DNA of 64,000 nt, taken from positions 8,742,001 through 8,806,000 of the forward strand of contig OZ024748.1 in NCBI GenBank assembly GCA_964016885.1. The letters are read 5' to 3'. Below the pieces are notes generated by a model. The model was not told the DNA's origin. It did no database searches and saw only the letters and a list, made by a program, of their open reading frames with translations. The stretch is from Eledone cirrhosa (Eukaryota). Below are positions 28,450 through 42,191 of this stretch, in pieces. The translations under genes and the position numbers were made by a program. Within the stretch, counting starts at the first letter, position 1. Each line of letters begins with the position of its first letter.

Positions 28450-30033
28450 TGAAAAATGACGAGCTGTGTTGTTGCAAATATGATAAGACAAATATGCTTT
28501 CAAATTCATTAATAGGCAGGTATGGAAATTGAAGCTAAAACTAACCATTTATATAACTTCAATTCTACTGTGTATTGCTGATATTTGATTCTAGGTAAAT
28601 ACAAGAATTCCACGAAGTTTATAAATATGAGGAGCACCCGCATGTCACAATCTTTATAATCATACAATTTGTGTAAATTTCCTTACATTTTAAAATACCT
28701 TATTATTTATTATATTTTCTTAGAAATATAATTTTATTGTGTCAGTTGTAAGCATCACACCGTTAATGATATATTTGACGCTAAAATTGCAACAAAAATA
28801 TTTTTGTAAATCTCAAAGACTTATATCGAAGAAAACACGCTTCCATACCAAAGATACCTTGTATAATCTAATTTGATATAAAATCAAATAAAAAGTAGTT
28901 GAAAAAATACGTATTTTTGTTAGAAACCTAATAATTTTAGAAATCTTTCCAATTCCGAGTGGCTTTCATCGCCTCACAGCCGTTGAAACAAATGCAAAAT
29001 TTGGATTTACTAGTTGAGTAAAGATACTCGCTGTGTATTTTTATATGAGAAGTTCCTTAAGTAAAATTGCAACGTCTTATAGATAACCCCTTATTATATC
29101 TCCATCTTGCTTATTATGTGTTCATTAATTGTTGTAGATCAAAGTTTTCTCTCACCGAGCCGTCTTTTAAACTGATGAGAAAATTACACAGGAGAAGCGC
29201 GAAAACTCAATAATAATATAATATATATAAAAAAACACACAATGCGACATTAAATGTTAAAAACAAAAGAAGTAATAACAATAACCAAAAAAGAAAGTGT
29301 TCAAGCAGTCGTTAGAGGAATACAATGACGCTTTTTCTAAAGCCATCTTTGAAGAATTTAAAAATTCTTTCAAATTAGAAAATTGTCGTTGATATTTTTT
29401 TTCTTATTTTCTTTGCTTTCTTCAAACTCGTTTCATGTGTTATATCCAAATTAGTAAATTACAAAGTTATGTTTTTATATTAATATCTTTATGGAGTTTG
29501 TCGATGTTCCTCGGTTTATTTTCGCTTACCGCACTTGAGTAACTTCTTGTTATATGAAATTTCTTTCCCACACATTCGTGCAACATATATTATTTGTGAA
29601 TATGCTTAATGACTATCTTCTTTATCATACAATTATATAGGAACAAGAACTATTTTCGCTACGTCCACTTTGAAGACAATTATTTATCACAATGATTTTA
29701 TAACAATGAAATTAAATTCCCTTTGTCTCAATTTTTTTTTTCGAGAAACACATAAATAAAATAAAATAAAATAAAATAAATCTGGATGATTTCAAACCTG
29801 TATGTTTACCATCATCCCCTATTATTATAAGGAATGCTGTCCAATAGTTTTATTTACTATTGGCTATCAGAAGGAATTATATATTACAATAGTCTAATTA
29901 TGAACAAATTAAATAATAATATTATTTCGTTAACATTGTAAAATATATTAAGAAGAGAAATACTAATATACTAAACAGGCGAGAAATCTTTTGAAGAAAT
30001 AATCACAACAATGTCCAATTTGAGGTTCGCATG

Positions 30034-30324
30034 CATGGTTGGATTTAGAACTTAGGGGGCCCATTATACAAAAGAAAATTGAATACACAGCAACCCCCCC
30101 CCCCCCCAATTTTACATATCTAAGTTAGCTTGGCACAAGTAATTGGAATTAAAAGGTTTACATACAGATATCAAATTAAGAAGTGAAGTTCTAACGATCC
30201 AGAAATTAAAAAGCCCAGCTGAGGGCACAAATACATAGCTACGACCGTCAGTGGTGCCCCCGCCCCACACACTGCAGAGAACCGAGGCAAACACCCCCTT
30301 TGCTCCCCATTAAATCCGGCTCTA
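30034..30324. mobile_element. Old hAT-like MITE
   Basis: Degenerate TIRs catggttggattta / taaatccggctcta; candidate 8-bp TSD ttcgcatg / ttcgtata; a similar right end occurs near 11500-11558. Confidence 0.5.
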
Positions 30325-30854
30325 TTCGTATATATTCTAAATATTTTTAAAATCTGGAAAATATTCGTCGTTTTGGAAAATAAGTTTCTGTTTGAAACTG
30401 AGGTCTTATGTTTTTGAACCCTCAAAATATTAATCAACACACTTCAATAATGACTTGTTTAAATGAAAGACTATTAAATAAATATTAATTCTTGCTTTGG
30501 GCGAATATTTTAAAGGCTTCTCAATTGTTTATATAAACATGTTTATTAGTCAATGTCCAAATAACTTTCTGTCTTCACAACAAATACCCACCCAACCAAC
30601 CACCCAACCATTAGCGCTAGCATTTCATTGGATTCACGAGTTGGTAATAATTATTTTGAAACATAAAGCAAATGCACTGAAAACATTGTTTCATTATCAA
30701 ACAATACACACCTCCCTAATACCTACCCACTATTAAAACTCTTATCCTTCTCATGTTAGTTTCTATATTTCCATCTTCTATGAAGCACACAATACACATT
30801 TTCGGTTTCGATTCTCATTGCTAAAGACGTTACTCCTTATCTTACAATTTTGTT

Positions 30855-30890
<36 letters not shown>

Positions 30891-30912
30891 AGGATGGATT
30901 AAGTTTGAAACT

Positions 30913-31025
30913 AGTTAGACCATTACTCAACAGAGTACTCGATACTTGAGGTAGTAGAGTATGGTTATATTATAGAGAGTCGAAACCCGACGGCTGAGCT
31001 CTTGCCGTTTCAACAGCTAGTTCCA
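30913..31025 (-). mobile_element. Family P1 variant cassette next to (TA)n
   Basis: Minus strand ggaactagctgttGAAACGGCaagagctcaGCCGTCggg...actctactacctcaagtatcgagtactctg. Confidence 0.75.
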
Positions 31026-31474
31026 TATATATATATATATATACGGATCCATAGTGGCATATATGGATACACCCGAGTTCTTCCAGAGAAGGAGAGTGCG
31101 AAAGAGATAAAGAGGAAGTATCGGCCCCAGTATTGAACTGGCAAATTCTTTTTATCGATCTCGAGAAGCTAAAGCTAATAACTTCAAGAACGTATAAACA
31201 TTTCTGCCTCTACCTTCACCCAATCAATGTTTTAAAAGACATATAGACTTTTATTTTGATCCTATAGAAATAGATATGTCTACTTTTGCTGCTTTTCTCA
31301 ACAGACTTCGAAACATAAATAAAAGAATGTTTGGTCACCATAGATGATCAGTTCGATATTGCAATGACGGCTTTCTGATAACCTACCTGTTGCTCTACAT
31401 TTCCCTCGATAATATTGAGTGATTTATTATCTATTTCTTCGTTTATTTGTTTCTTTACAATCGAACATTTGTTT

Positions 31475-31885
<411 letters not shown>

Positions 31886-31989
31886 TCTCTCTCTCCGAAT
31901 TAATGTTATTTCAACAACAACAACTCCAGTTATCTTCTCTTGTAATGAGGATTTATCACCTGAGTTCATTGGAGCTGTCAGGTTATCAG

Positions 31990-32628
31990 TAATAGTAGTA
32001 CTGGTAGTGGTAGTGGTGGTAGTGGTAGTAGTGGTAGTAGTGGTGGTGGTAGTAGTAGTGGTGGTGGTGGTGGTAGTAGTACTGGTAGTGGTAGTGGTGG
32101 TGGTAGTGGTAGTATGGTAGTAGTGGTGGTGATGGTGGTGGTAGTGGTAGTAGTAGTGGTAGTAGTGGTGGTGGTAGTAGTAGTAGTGGTAGTAGTGGTG
32201 GTGGTAGTGGTAGTGGTAGTGGTAGTAGTGGTGGTGATGGTGGTAGTGGTAGTAGTAGTAGTAGTAACATTAGTGGTGGTAGTAGTAGTGGCAACAGTAG
32301 TTCTAGCAGTAAAAGTTGTGGTAGTGGTGGTGGTGGTGGTCAGTATTGGTTGTTGTTGTAGTGGTTGTGGTATAACTCTGGTTGGTACAAATCGTGGTAT
32401 TAGTAGTAGTAGTATAGGTGGTAGTTGTGGTATTTCTGGCTGGTACACATTGTGGTAGTAGTATAGGCGGTAGTATAGGTGGTAGTATAGGTGGTAGTAT
32501 AGGTGGTAGTATAGGTGATATTTCTGGTTGGTACACATGAAGTGACGTTCGTCACAATTGTGATGGTTGTAAAAGTAGTAACTTTAACATCAGCAGCAGA
32601 CACAGAGACTACGACAACGGTGGTAGTG

Positions 32629-32686
<58 letters not shown>

Positions 32687-34015
32687 CAGTGTTAGTGGTG
32701 GTAGTAGTAGTAGTAGTAGTAGTGGTGTTGGTAATGGTAGTAGTAGTAGTCTTCATACGTAGAAACATGTCAGTAGTGGTAGTCGTGGTAGTATTAGTAG
32801 TAAAATGGTGGTGGTGGTAATAAATGATAATAATGTTGGTGTTAATTGCTGTGTTGGTGACGACTGTGTGGTGTGGTGTGGTGTAGTATAGTGTGGTGTG
32901 ATGTAGTGTGGTGTGGTGTGGTGTGGTGTAGTGTGGTGTGGTGTAGTGTGGTGTTGTGTAGTATAGTGTGGTGTAATGTGGTGTGGTGTGGTGTAGTATA
33001 GTGTGGTGTGGTGGAGTGTGGTGTGGTGTAGTGTAGTGTGGTGGTGACTACTGTGTAGTGAGGTGTGGTGGTGACGACTGTGTAGTGTGGTGTGGTGTAG
33101 TGTGGTGTGGTGGTGACGACTGTGTAGTGTGGTGTGGTGTAGTGTGGTGTGGTGTAGTGTGGTGGTGACTGTTTTCTCCTAATGATGATAATAGTAATTC
33201 TGAAGATGAGACGTTTGGCTTTTTTATTTTTTACTTTTCTTCTCTTTTTTTTTTTACTTCTATTTTTTCTGTATTTTTTGTGTTTTTTACTTTTTATTTT
33301 TGTGTTGTTTTTTGTTAGGTTTTGTTGGATATTTTGTACATTTTGCCAACGGTTGCGAAGAATACAAGAGCTAAAAATAGCAGTAATGGTGTGGTTGGAG
33401 ATGATGGGTGACAAGGGGTGACAAGGTGACACTGATTAAGGTGACATATTAGCCCTGATGGAATCCACAATAAAGATTGCCGCAACAAACAGTATTTTAT
33501 TTTTTTCTCTCTCTTCATCGAGGAAAAAATCTCGGTAACAATGGAAGCCACAACAAATGGCAAAAAATAGTTTCCAAGTGATGGTGATCTGTGCTGCTGG
33601 ACTTCCTCAGAGCCTAATCGTTTGGTGATTGACTGCTCAGCTGCCTTCTTAGTAGACTGGGTGTGGTGTAGTGTGGTGTGGTGGTGTGGTGTGGTGGTGT
33701 GGTGTGGTGTGGTGTGGTGTGGTTTGGTGTGGTGTGGTGTGGTGGTGTGGTGGGGTGGTGTAGTGTTGTGGTGCGGTGTGGTGTGCTGTGGTTTGGTGTA
33801 GTGGTGTGGTTTGGTGTAGTGGTGTGGTGTGATGTGGTGTGGTGGTGTGGTGTAGTGTGGTGTGGTGTAGTGTAGTGTGGTGGTGTGGTGGTGTGGTGTG
33901 GTGTGGTGGTGTGGTTTGGTATAGTGTGGTGGTGATGTGGTGGTGATGTAGTATGGAGTAGGGAAGTGGTGATATGGTGGTGATGTGGTGGTGATGTAGT
34001 GTGATGCAGTGTGTT
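31990..34015. repeat. Compound (GTA/GTG)n and (GTGTG/GTGTA)n low-complexity block with unique interludes
   Basis: Trinucleotide tracts 31990-32820; pentanucleotide tracts 32865-33165 and 33660-34015. Confidence 0.9.
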
Positions 34016-34259
34016 GTATTCTGGTTTCCTATATTCTAATAGAGACGTGACATGCCGTCCAACTATAAAGATGTGGTCACGTGGTTCTAATGTCCTGTAA
34101 AGTGGTTTGTTTGGAATGGTAGGACGTGTTTCGATATATTACTAGTGTGCTGGAAGGAATAGAGAGTATTGGTTTAATTTACTGTTCTGGTTGTGTAAGT
34201 TATAGCATTTTATATATATCGTGTGGTGTGAAGTAGAATGCTAGCGGTGTATGCTATAA

Positions 34260-34314
<55 letters not shown>

Positions 34315-34317
<3 letters not shown>

Positions 34318-34704
34318 ATGAGAAGAGAGAAGAATACTGCGTGGTTTGCACATGGGTTACATATGATAAAAATAGTCCTTCGTCAGTGGTTTTCCACCCA
34401 TCATTGGTATTTCATCGCATTAAAAATCAGATACCTCAGGTTGGTGCGAGCAATAACTAAAAAAGGTTATTGGGACCAGTAATTCGCGTAAAGCGAGGGG
34501 GACAAGAAAACAACATAGAAGGATAAAAACAAACCGAAGATAGGAAAATAAATAGGCAACATGGTTGTCCGGTCAGCATAATCTGGGTGGATTTCATGAG
34601 CGAGAGAGGTACAGACAGTGTCGATGTGTGTGAGATGTAAGCAAGAAGAAACCCACACAAGCCAAACGGGGGAAGTGAGAAGGGGCGAAACAGAGAGTGA
34701 GTGA

Positions 34705-34706
<2 letters not shown>
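34315..34706 (-). mobile_element. Family P2 cassette between (TA)n tracts
   Basis: Shares gctcgcaccaacc..ggtat...gcgatgaaatacc...cactgaygaaggacta and gtaacccat..gcaa(a)ccacg with 41236-41848, in a different order. Confidence 0.75.
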
Positions 34707-34738
<32 letters not shown>

Positions 34739-34872
34739 TACTAGGGAAAGGATCAGGGGTGTATAACACCCCACTTATCCAGCAGGCAGTATAAGGTTAG
34801 CTCAATGTCAGAGGACAGAGCCGTAATATAATAAATAACAAAGAACGCTTATAGCATATGCATATCTTTACT

Positions 34873-34918
34873 TGCTAACATTGTTTCATCCGCACTATAA
34901 GTGGGACTCATCAGAGCA
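34873..34918 (-). ncRNA. Minimal type I hammerhead ribozyme motif (mirror copy)
   Basis: Reverse complement of 35163-35208. Confidence 0.8.
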
Positions 34919-35162
34919 TAAAGGTTAATTACATACCATACAAGCAATAACAGATCCAAGACATTGAAGAATGAAAGGTAATAATAGACGATAAAGGATA
35001 TTAAGGAAGTAAAAGTAAAAATAAAAGTAAAAGTATTCTTATCTTTATTCTTATCTTTATTTTTACTTTTACTTCCTTAATATCCTTTATCGTCTATTAT
35101 TACCTTTCATTCTTCAATGTCTTGGATCTGTTATTGCTTGTATGGTATGTAATTAACCTTCA

Positions 35163-35208
35163 TGCTCTGATGAGTCCCACTTATAGTGCGGATGAAACAA
35201 TGTTAGCA
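35163..35208 (+). ncRNA. Minimal type I hammerhead ribozyme motif
   Basis: tgct-CTGATGA-gtcc cac ttata gtg c ggat-GAAAC-aat-GTT-agca; stem I tgct/agca, stem II gtcc/ggat, very short stem III. Confidence 0.8.
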
Positions 35209-35349
35209 AGTAAAGATATGCATATGCTATAAGCGTTCTTTGTTATTTATTATATATATATATATATATGTATTTAAAAGTTAAACAAGGTTCAATGAAT
35301 ACATCAAAGAATGACTGAATCTTAACCATGCATCATGCATCATCTTATT

Positions 35350-35405
35350 TTATCTGATGAGGACGTACTGTGGAAGTTAACTCAGTACCTCTGAAATATG
35401 TATAA
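35350..35405 (+). ncRNA. Degenerate hammerhead motif followed by AATAAA
   Basis: ttat-CTGATGA-gga c gtactg...cagtac c tct-GAAA-tatgt-ataa; the cleavage-site register is off by one base. Confidence 0.5.
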
Positions 35406-35452
35406 TAAAATATACTTGATCACAAGAATATATATTTGAATAATATTTTGAA

Positions 35453-35517
<65 letters not shown>

Positions 35518-35590
35518 CTCGAAGCAGATGTGAACCTGAACATCGAGTGCTCACCCGGGTGAACCTACAGTAACCCCACGTTACACTCCC

Positions 35591-35665
<75 letters not shown>

Positions 35666-35669
35666 CAAA

Positions 35670-35740
35670 GAGTCTGGAACTAGCAGTTGAAACGGCAAGA
35701 GCTCAGCCGTCGGCGTCCGTCCCGTCTCTTTATGATATAA
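35670..35740 (+). mobile_element. Family P1 variant fragment next to (TA)n
   Basis: ctggaactagcagttGAAACGGCaagagctcaGCCGTCgg. Confidence 0.75.
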
Positions 35741-35799
35741 CTATAATTTACTCCTCTCTCTCTATCACTCTATCACTCTCTCTCTATATAACTTTCTAA

Positions 35800-35831
<32 letters not shown>

Positions 35832-35974
35832 TATATATATTTATATATATATAATATATATATAATATATATATATATAATATATATACGTTATTCCGGG
35901 TTGAATCGGAGGTAACCACAGTAAGTAAGGTACTCAATATATATATATATATATAATATATATATATATAATAT

Positions 35975-36063
<89 letters not shown>

Positions 36064-36092
36064 TATTTATATATATATTTATATATATATAT

Positions 36093-36123
<31 letters not shown>

Positions 36124-36256
36124 AATATATAATATATATATATCAGCTCAGGAATTAACGAAAATCAACGTCCGATATGTGTGGCATATATATAATATAT
36201 ATAATATATATAATATATATAATATATATAATATATATATATATATAAATATATAG

Positions 36257-36343
36257 CGCGTCTCCCTTGCCGTCCTCCGGGGAAACACCTTCTCCCTTCT
36301 GTCCGCCGGAGCTGTGGGTGGGCCCCATCGCACACCGTTGTAG
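36257..36343 (+). mobile_element. C-terminal fragment of a CRE-like non-LTR retrotransposon ORF
   Basis: Translates RVSLAVLRGNTFSLLSAGAVGGPHRTPL*, resembling the QR(I/L)S(I/L)A(I/V)QRGNA terminal motif of CRE-clade elements; starts directly at a (TA)n tract. Confidence 0.5.
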
Positions 36344-36487
36344 CTGTGTGTACAAGAAACAGGAAGACAACAACTGCAACAACAAGAAGCACCAATCCTC
36401 CGCCTGCATCTACAACAACTTCTTTTGCACCAACATATGGTAATAGTTAGCCACCGTCAATGACAGTTATATATTGTATGATGTAGT

Positions 36488-36557
36488 TCTCAACATAAAT
36501 GTATGCTACCTATGGTTTCAAACATCAACCTTAGGTGGCAGGCATTTATGTTGAGAT
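36488..36557. repeat. Imperfect hairpin, arms about 30 bp
   Basis: tctcaacataaatg..tgctaccta / taggtggca..catttatgttgaga. Confidence 0.7.
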
Positions 36558-36632
36558 TTTATTCATATTATATACACAGACCACGTTTTGTCCCTTGGAT
36601 TATTCCTATGGTGTATTGTAGTCTGATATAAT

Positions 36633-36749
<117 letters not shown>

Positions 36750-36796
36750 AATGAATAATAACAGGTAGACATCATAAAAAGGTAGTTTATTCCGTG

Positions 36797-36907
36797 TGCT
36801 TACAAGTGTTTCCACGGTGGTACTGCAGCCTAGTTCCGCTACGTGCAAATTCACAAGTATTTGCAGAACTCGAATATCCAATGCTGTGACCACTGTTTCC
36901 TCAGAGC

Positions 36908-36908
<1 letters not shown>
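36797..36908 (-). ncRNA. Type I hammerhead ribozyme motif with extended stem II, followed by AATAAA
   Basis: Minus strand: tgct-CTGAGGA-aacagtggt...accaccgtg-GAAAC-actt-GTA-agca-cacgg-aataaa; the cassette is bounded by (TA)n on both sides. Confidence 0.75.
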
Positions 36909-36962
<54 letters not shown>

Positions 36963-37191
36963 TATATAAATATGTGTGGTGTATTGGGTGGTGTATTGTT
37001 TTGTGTGTACAATATAGTGTTTTATGTATATTTTATGGTGTATTGTTGTGTGCAGTGATGTGGTGGCATTCATTGCGCTGCGCTGTGTTTGGTGAAATGT
37101 TATGTCGGGTGGTTGTGGGTGGAAAGGGGTGTATGGGATTAACTGTGAGCTCGATAATAAGATGGAAGAAGGTGTGAAAGGTAGAAATACT

Positions 37192-37224
<33 letters not shown>

Positions 37225-37309
37225 GAGAGAGACGAGGCTGTCTTTTTATGTTCTTCGTTTAATAGGCTATTGTGTAATATAGCTTGGTAGTAGAACTAGA
37301 TGATGAAAT

Positions 37310-37388
37310 AGTGAGAGAAGGAAAGACAAGACAATGTACTGGAGAGGGAGAGTAATATTGAGAGAGAAGGAAAGACTAGAGGATGTAC

Positions 37389-37447
<59 letters not shown>

Positions 37448-37480
37448 ATATTGAGAGAGAGAAAAGACTAGAGGATGTAC

Positions 37481-37515
<35 letters not shown>

Positions 37516-37740
37516 ATATTGAGAGAGAAAGAAAGACTAGAGGATGTACTGGAGAGAGAGAGAGAGAGTAATATTGAGAGAGAAAGAAAGACTAGAGGAT
37601 GTACTGGAGAGAGAGAGAGTAATATTGAGAGAGAAAGAAAGACTAGAGAATCTACTGGAGAGAGAGAGAGAGAGAGAGTAATATTGAGAGAGAAAGAGAG
37701 ACTAGAGAATCTACTGGAGAGAGAGAGAGAGTAATATTGG
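37310..37740. repeat. GA-rich minisatellite (gtaatattgagaga...gactagaggatgtactg + (GA)n)
   Basis: About 7-8 units separated by variable (GA)n. Confidence 0.92.
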
Positions 37741-38172
37741 GGGAAAGTGCTGTGTCTGGTCTGTATTTCGTATTTTCTAATGTCTTCGTTGTTATTTTTA
37801 TTATTTTATTTTAATAAGGGTCTTGTCTGGTAGTTGAAGAGGTGTGGGAGATAGAAGGGGACAGGGTGAAATAGGGGTAGTTGGAGAGGTGTGGGAGATA
37901 GAAGAAGGGGGAGGGGTGGAATAGGGGGTAGTTGAAGCGGTGTGGACGAGGGAAGTATGAGGTAGATGTGAAATAAGGAGTTAGATAAAGGGGGTTATCG
38001 GAGAGACAAACGTCGTGTCTGGTCGCCGCACACAATTTCCTCAATAGACTATTAAATGTTAATCCTTTAATGCCCATCCCAACTTTTCTCTCTTTTATCT
38101 CTCCTATTCTCATTTTCACTCCCTTTCTTCTCACTCAACTTCACTCCTTTTTTTTTTTCCCCTCAAATTGGC

Positions 38173-38236
<64 letters not shown>

Positions 38237-38613
38237 CTTGTCTTTTCAACTTGCCTACTATTTGACTGTTAAAGCATCTATTCTTCTTCTTCTTCTTCTT
38301 CTTCTTCTTCTATTTAACCCTACCACTACCAACCCCGTCCTCTTCTACACCCATCACTGCCCCATCTTTACTATATCACATACATCTCATTTAATTCTCT
38401 TACACTTTAGGTCTCCGGCTACCCACATCACATCCATTCATAAATTCTAACTTTACATCTTTCTATGTCTATCTTATATACACTGTTCTTTAACACATTT
38501 AACTTTGGCCTCTTATCGTAAATCACGCTCTTGTATAAACAAATGAACTTTAACCAGTGACTTAGATAACATAAAGCTGAGTTACCTCTCTTGTTTACTT
38601 ACATCAATATAAA

Positions 38614-38790
38614 TCACAGCCCCGTGTTATCGGCGGAGAGGACATTGTTCCGGACGATGGTGATGGCTATGCGCTGGAATCGCCATTCCAGCACCCGGGG
38701 CTTACACTTGCAAGTAGTCTGCTCCGCGCTAATAGTAGGGATGTGGTCAGTGGTCAAAGAAAGCCGGATGTTTACTCTGCCACAGGCTAG
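38614..38790 (-). mobile_element. Second CRE-like non-LTR C-terminal fragment
   Basis: GC-rich island; minus frame reads KPRVLEWRFQRIAITIVRNNVLSADNTGL*, resembling the W/F-L-x-QRISIAIxRGNA motif. Confidence 0.5.
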
Positions 38791-38884
38791 TATAAGTAAC
38801 ATATATACACAATTATTGTATAGCCAACATATACACGCCATGCTGTTATAAAGAGCATATTATATTATTATTACATAGGACATC

Positions 38885-38990
38885 CGCCGAGGTTAACTTT
38901 GCCTTTCATCCTTACGGGGTCGATAAAATAAAGTACCAGTAATGTACTGGGTAATTTCTGGCCTTGTGCCAAAAGTAGAAACAATTATTA
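38885..38990 (+). mobile_element. SINE family A, 5'-truncated, with 18-bp TSD
   Basis: attattacatag(g/a)acatc at 38867-38884 and 38984-39001. Confidence 0.9.
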
Positions 38991-39024
38991 CATAGAACAT
39001 CTATATACCATGCTGGTATAAAGA

Positions 39025-39086
<62 letters not shown>

Positions 39087-39297
39087 CTTATTACCTTACA
39101 TAGGATATATATATATACATACCATGGTGGTTGGTATAAATAACATATATATATAGCTTGTTACATAGGACATCTATATATATATATATATATATCTATA
39201 TTTGAAGTTCTAGTTAAACTTTAATTAGTTCCCTAACCAGCTGTGTGTGCTTACACACTTTACAAATTATCCTTTGTGATTGTTTCATGTGTTTATT

Positions 39298-39917
<620 letters not shown>

Positions 39918-40027
39918 ATTTCTAGTTGATATAAAATGCTCGGATCTATTCATTGGAATTTTTTACCTTATCCTACGGTGGATATGGCGCATGTCTCGGA
40001 CATGACTCCCTTAATTTAATTTTGGTT

Positions 40028-40061
<34 letters not shown>

Positions 40062-40169
40062 TATGCTGGTATAAAGAACATATACACACTAACAAACTGT
40101 GGCACGTAAAGAGGTGATTTACTTGTGTGAAATGACAGGGATGCTTCTATATTTTATTATGTATTTCTC

Positions 40170-40287
40170 GTGGTATATGATAGTGGAGATGAAGAGGATG
40201 GTATATGATAGTGGAGATGAAGAGGATGGTATATGATAGTGGAGATGAAGAGGATGGTATATGATAGTGGAGATGAAGAGGATGGTA
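40170..40287. repeat. 28-bp tandem repeat x4
   Basis: gtatatgatagtggagatgaagaggatg. Confidence 0.95.
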
Positions 40288-40861
40288 ATGTAGGTGGAAA
40301 AGGCGCTGGAGGTTGGTAAATAAAAGCGTATTAGTGACTTAGAAGAAATTAAAAATCCAATTAAATTTAGTATAGTATCAGTTTCCATTGGTAATCAATG
40401 AAAGAATCAATTTAGCTAGACCTAAGTTTCTACCTAATACGTATTTTGATAACTTATGAGTATTTAAGGTAAGAATATAGAGGCCCAGAGAAACGTGGAA
40501 AAGTTAGTAAATCAACGTGTTACCTTACAATATAACTAAATTGGACAATTGGGAAAACAAATGAAATAAAGCTATGGACATTTGAACAAATATTAACCAT
40601 TAAAATCTAAAGCAAGTTAACGACTTTAAAACCGAAGACAATACTCTGGCGTGGTCACACATCTAATCGATTTAAAATTAACAAAATCTTTATGTAAAAC
40701 TTATTAAATATATATATATATATATATATGCAAAAGTTTTATTTAAAATTGTTGGGTTACAACGAGTAAATATTTGATAACTGATATAAAAGCACTCAAC
40801 AAATTTTGGAGTATTTTACGATATTAAACAAATGGAAACTACATTTATAAAACCATATTTA

Positions 40862-40932
40862 TTTCATTATATATATTTCAGGGATATCATATTAAAAATA
40901 TTAAAAATATGGTATGCCCTCTTCAGACAAAA
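40862..40932 (-). ncRNA. Type I hammerhead ribozyme motif (AT-rich)
   Basis: Minus strand: ttttgt-CTGAAGA-gggcataccatatt...aatatgatatccct-GAAA-tatat-ATA-atgaaa(taaa); stem I has G-U wobbles. Confidence 0.55.
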
Positions 40933-41018
40933 TACAATATATAAACAGTTTTATAAATAAATTTGACATACCTTAAAACTTTACTACTTCCATTTAAAAA
41001 AGTTGTTATGGTAGTTGT

Positions 41019-41046
41019 TATTGTAGCAAAAAGCCAACAGTATTCC

Positions 41047-41124
<78 letters not shown>

Positions 41125-41152
41125 GGAATACTGTTGGCTTTTTGCTACAATA
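41019..41152. repeat. Perfect palindrome centred on (TA)n
   Basis: tattgtagcaaaaagccaacagtattccataa-(TA)n-ttatggaatactgttggctttttgctacaata. Confidence 0.95.
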
Positions 41153-41167
41153 TTTTCTATACCTCTC

Positions 41168-41235
<68 letters not shown>

Positions 41236-41239
<4 letters not shown>

Positions 41240-41844
41240 AACCCATTTGCAACCACGAAGCACGTTTGTTTTCATATTCACACATATTTTCCTCCTCTGT
41301 GACCCGTCTATTTCGTTCTTACTGCTTCCTCTTTCTCTGTATCTTTCACCTCCCTTTACCCTCTCTAACAGTCACTCTCTCTGTTAGCCTCTTCCTCACC
41401 CTTCACTCACTCTCTGCTACTACCTCTCCTACTTCCTCCCGTTTGACCTGTGCGTAATTCTTTTCTCGCGCATGCTTGACCAGGCTGGTTGTTCCTTTTT
41501 TCTCTCTTGTCTACGATTTCACAGAACTTATGTTCACCGAAATCAGGGACTAAACTCCCTCTTCCTCCCGTTTGACCTGTGCGGAATTGCTTCCTTGCTC
41601 ACATTTCGACTAGGTTTGATGGTCTTTATTCTCTCTCGTTCGCGATTTCACCGAACTTATATTCATAGAAATCTTGGACGTGACTAATTCTTCCTCATCT
41701 TTCGTAGCATTACCATCTTTGATTGTTTACAGTCTCGCTCGTTCCCCTTATTTACGTGTGCTCGCACCAACCGGAGGTATATGGTCTTTAAAGCGATGAA
41801 ATACCGATGAAGGTTGGAAGATCACTGATGAAGGACTAACTTTA

Positions 41845-41848
<4 letters not shown>
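41236..41848 (+). mobile_element. Family P2 cassette (about 610 bp) bounded by (TA)n on both sides
   Basis: Homologous to 34315-34706; internal duplication of about 130 bp (cttcctcccgtttgacctgtgcg at about 41432 and 41561). Confidence 0.75.
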
Positions 41849-41889
<41 letters not shown>

Positions 41890-42191
41890 GCCCAAATATT
41901 AATATCAAATTGACTGAAGTTAAAATACTTCTTTTGAATTTCTTCTCTAGGGAGATTCTTTTTCGATTGGAAGAGAATTACAATTATTTCTCATGCAATA
42001 CTTTAAATAACGATCAATCAAAATTCAATTTTATTAAATAATTTTAATGGAATTAGGATATTATGCAATTAAGAGTAAATAAATTCGCGAATAAACTGCA
42101 GAACTAATGCAATAAAATGAACTGCGCTTTAAGAATAATAAGGAAATATATGTTGACAATTCTATGTGTGTATATATTGAACATGTAATTC

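Larger units (their letters stand above)
34826..35255. repeat. Long inverted repeat (about 200-bp arms) carrying a hammerhead in each arm, ending in (TA)n
   Basis: 34826-35025 versus 35056-35255 are reverse complements; one mismatch seen. Confidence 0.95.

Noticed and set aside
36265-36330. GC-rich hairpin considered as an HDV-like ribozyme
   Set aside because: The nested double pseudoknot could not be built; coding origin (CRE-like C-terminus) is more parsimonious.
37310-37740. Repeat-spacer appearance resembling a CRISPR array (also 31585-31885 and 39298-39915)
   Set aside because: The spacers are only variable-length (GA)n/(CT)n/(TA)n, the context is eukaryotic and there are no cas genes.
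38616-38790. Plus-strand RVIGGED resembling a serine-protease activation site
   Set aside because: The following residues lack the PWQV/CGG motifs; the minus-strand retroelement motif explains the island better.
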